The notes beneath the pieces were generated by a model. It did not search any database. It was not told the origin of the DNA and saw only the letters and a program-made list of their open reading frames with translations. A stretch of 64,000 nt of DNA from Lama guanicoe (taxonomy: Eukaryota): NCBI GenBank assembly GCA_013239625.1, contig MU054117.1:4206677-4270676 (forward strand), read 5' to 3'. A program made the position numbers and the translations under genes. Of this stretch, positions 62,444-64,000 are shown in pieces (the stretch's first letter is position 1; each line of letters opens with the position of its first letter).

Positions 62444-64000
62444 GCGACACCGGATCCTCCGTCTTCCCTATCGTGGCGTCCTTGAGTTGCTGCGCGCAGA
62501 GAGGCAGCAAAACATGGGTGAAACACTTACAAGGCAGATGGAGACAAACGCCGCAGAAGACACACAAGACGCTTTGAGGGTCAAAGAAAGGAGATGGCAG
62601 ACCCAGCTGAGGAGTCAGGAAAGTGTTTCTTGCAGGAAGCAGCACCTCTGCTGGACTTCAAAAGAAAGGTAACCTCCTTCTCTTGTCTTTTTGTTCTTTA
62701 ACAAAATGATGATAATTTAGAGGGAGAGGGAGAACCTCCCCAATCTAACAACTGACGCATAAGCACGGTGTATTTATTTCTTTGAATAAATTTTCCTATG
62801 CACTTAGATTTAATTTCAATTACACACTTAACACAGTTCTAGTAAACAACGAAACCAAAACCATAAAAGTATATTAATGTAAAAATTAACTAATATTAAC
62901 AGCTTCCTTTCTCTTCCAGCCCCATCACAGAGAGGAAATCCCTATGATAATCTGGATCTGTTTTATGCTGACTCTCCCCACGTATCTACAATCGAACCCC
63001 TTTCTTAACACCCCTGTGATCGTATTTCACTTATTATTCCAAAGTTCGCTTTTCTCATTTACCAGTGTGTCCCAGGTATGTACTTTGCAGGTCAGTTCGT
63101 GGAGGACTGCCTTCATGAATGCATCATATTGCACAGTGGATACGATTCCTAATTTGTGTAGTCACCTCCCTAGTGATGGGCATTTATTTTATCCTCTACA
63201 CATGCCTTAACTCCTTTGATCACACTTCTATTACATTACCTTATAAAGACTTTCAATGAATCAGGCTTGAATAGATCGAGACAAAGACATTCCAAGCCAA
63301 CAAAAGAGTGGAAAAGTTCAAGCTGGATTTAAGAAGGGTTAAAGGGCCTGGTTTTACTTGCATGATTATTTCACTGATGTCCGGCTGCCCTCCAAACATA
63401 ACCTCCGTGAAGGCAGGATACCATCCGAATTACCTGCTATCTTTGAGAGGACGAATGAATGCTGCACCCCTGGGGGACCAGCGTTGACGGCAATGGTGGT
63501 AGGTCTCTGGTGGAGCCCAGGCTGGGGACGGAGCAGCCACAAGGTAACGGGCCTCGGGAGAGGTAACCCAGGCCGGGAATAAAGCCAAAGCCTAAAGGCG
63601 CTGGCTGACCGAAAGGCTTCCCGATCTGGCCCCACAGCTGCAAAAGGCCCTGGGGGCCCAGCCCCAGCAGAGGCCTGGGGGGCCTGTACTCAGTCGGGGA
63701 GGATGAATAACCAGCAGCTGCCCCAGGGCCTTGTTGTGGCAGGAGGGCAGCTGAACCTCCGAGCTGTTCCTGCCCCTCATCCTGGCGGTGTGTCTGGCTG
63801 GGCAAGCTTGAGAATCGGGCTAAAGGGAGTGGGGCCTGTGCATGCCTTTAGGGGGACCAGGAATGGGACCAGGATAAATTCTGACTGTTCCTTGACGGGG
63901 GGCGGACTCTAAATCACTAAAAATAATACCATCTGCCTCGAGGAAAAATGTAACAGGTGTCGAAGGTCAGAGTCCCACCAGAACCCTCAACGCTACCTCC

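Overview
This is a mammalian genomic window, very probably camelid, judged from Vic-1-type tRNA-Ala-derived SINEs and the L1 3' ends. It lies entirely inside the minus-strand gene ANO2 (anoctamin-2/TMEM16B, a Ca2+-activated chloride channel). Nine internal coding exons (152, 55, 52, 56, 42, 65, 135, 161 and 83 nt; 801 nt = 267 codons) splice in frame through GT-AG introns. They encode the late cytosolic N-terminus, TM1, the Cys-rich extracellular loop, TM2 and the start of the acidic first intracellular loop. The start and end of the gene lie outside the window. About 99% of the window is intron containing L1, L2, MIR, SINE, MLT1/MER21 LTR and hAT relics plus microsatellites, and almost all of the listed ORFs are spurious. 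I found no convincing new biological system. The most notable details are two twin-primed (5'-inverted) L1 insertions, a 1.7-kb L1 5'UTR-only element, a ~100-bp direct repeat with an internal hairpin, a split RE1/REST-like motif inside an L2, and an apparent E>D change in the acidic gating cluster. Repeat family names and orthologue comparisons are from memory, not from database searches.
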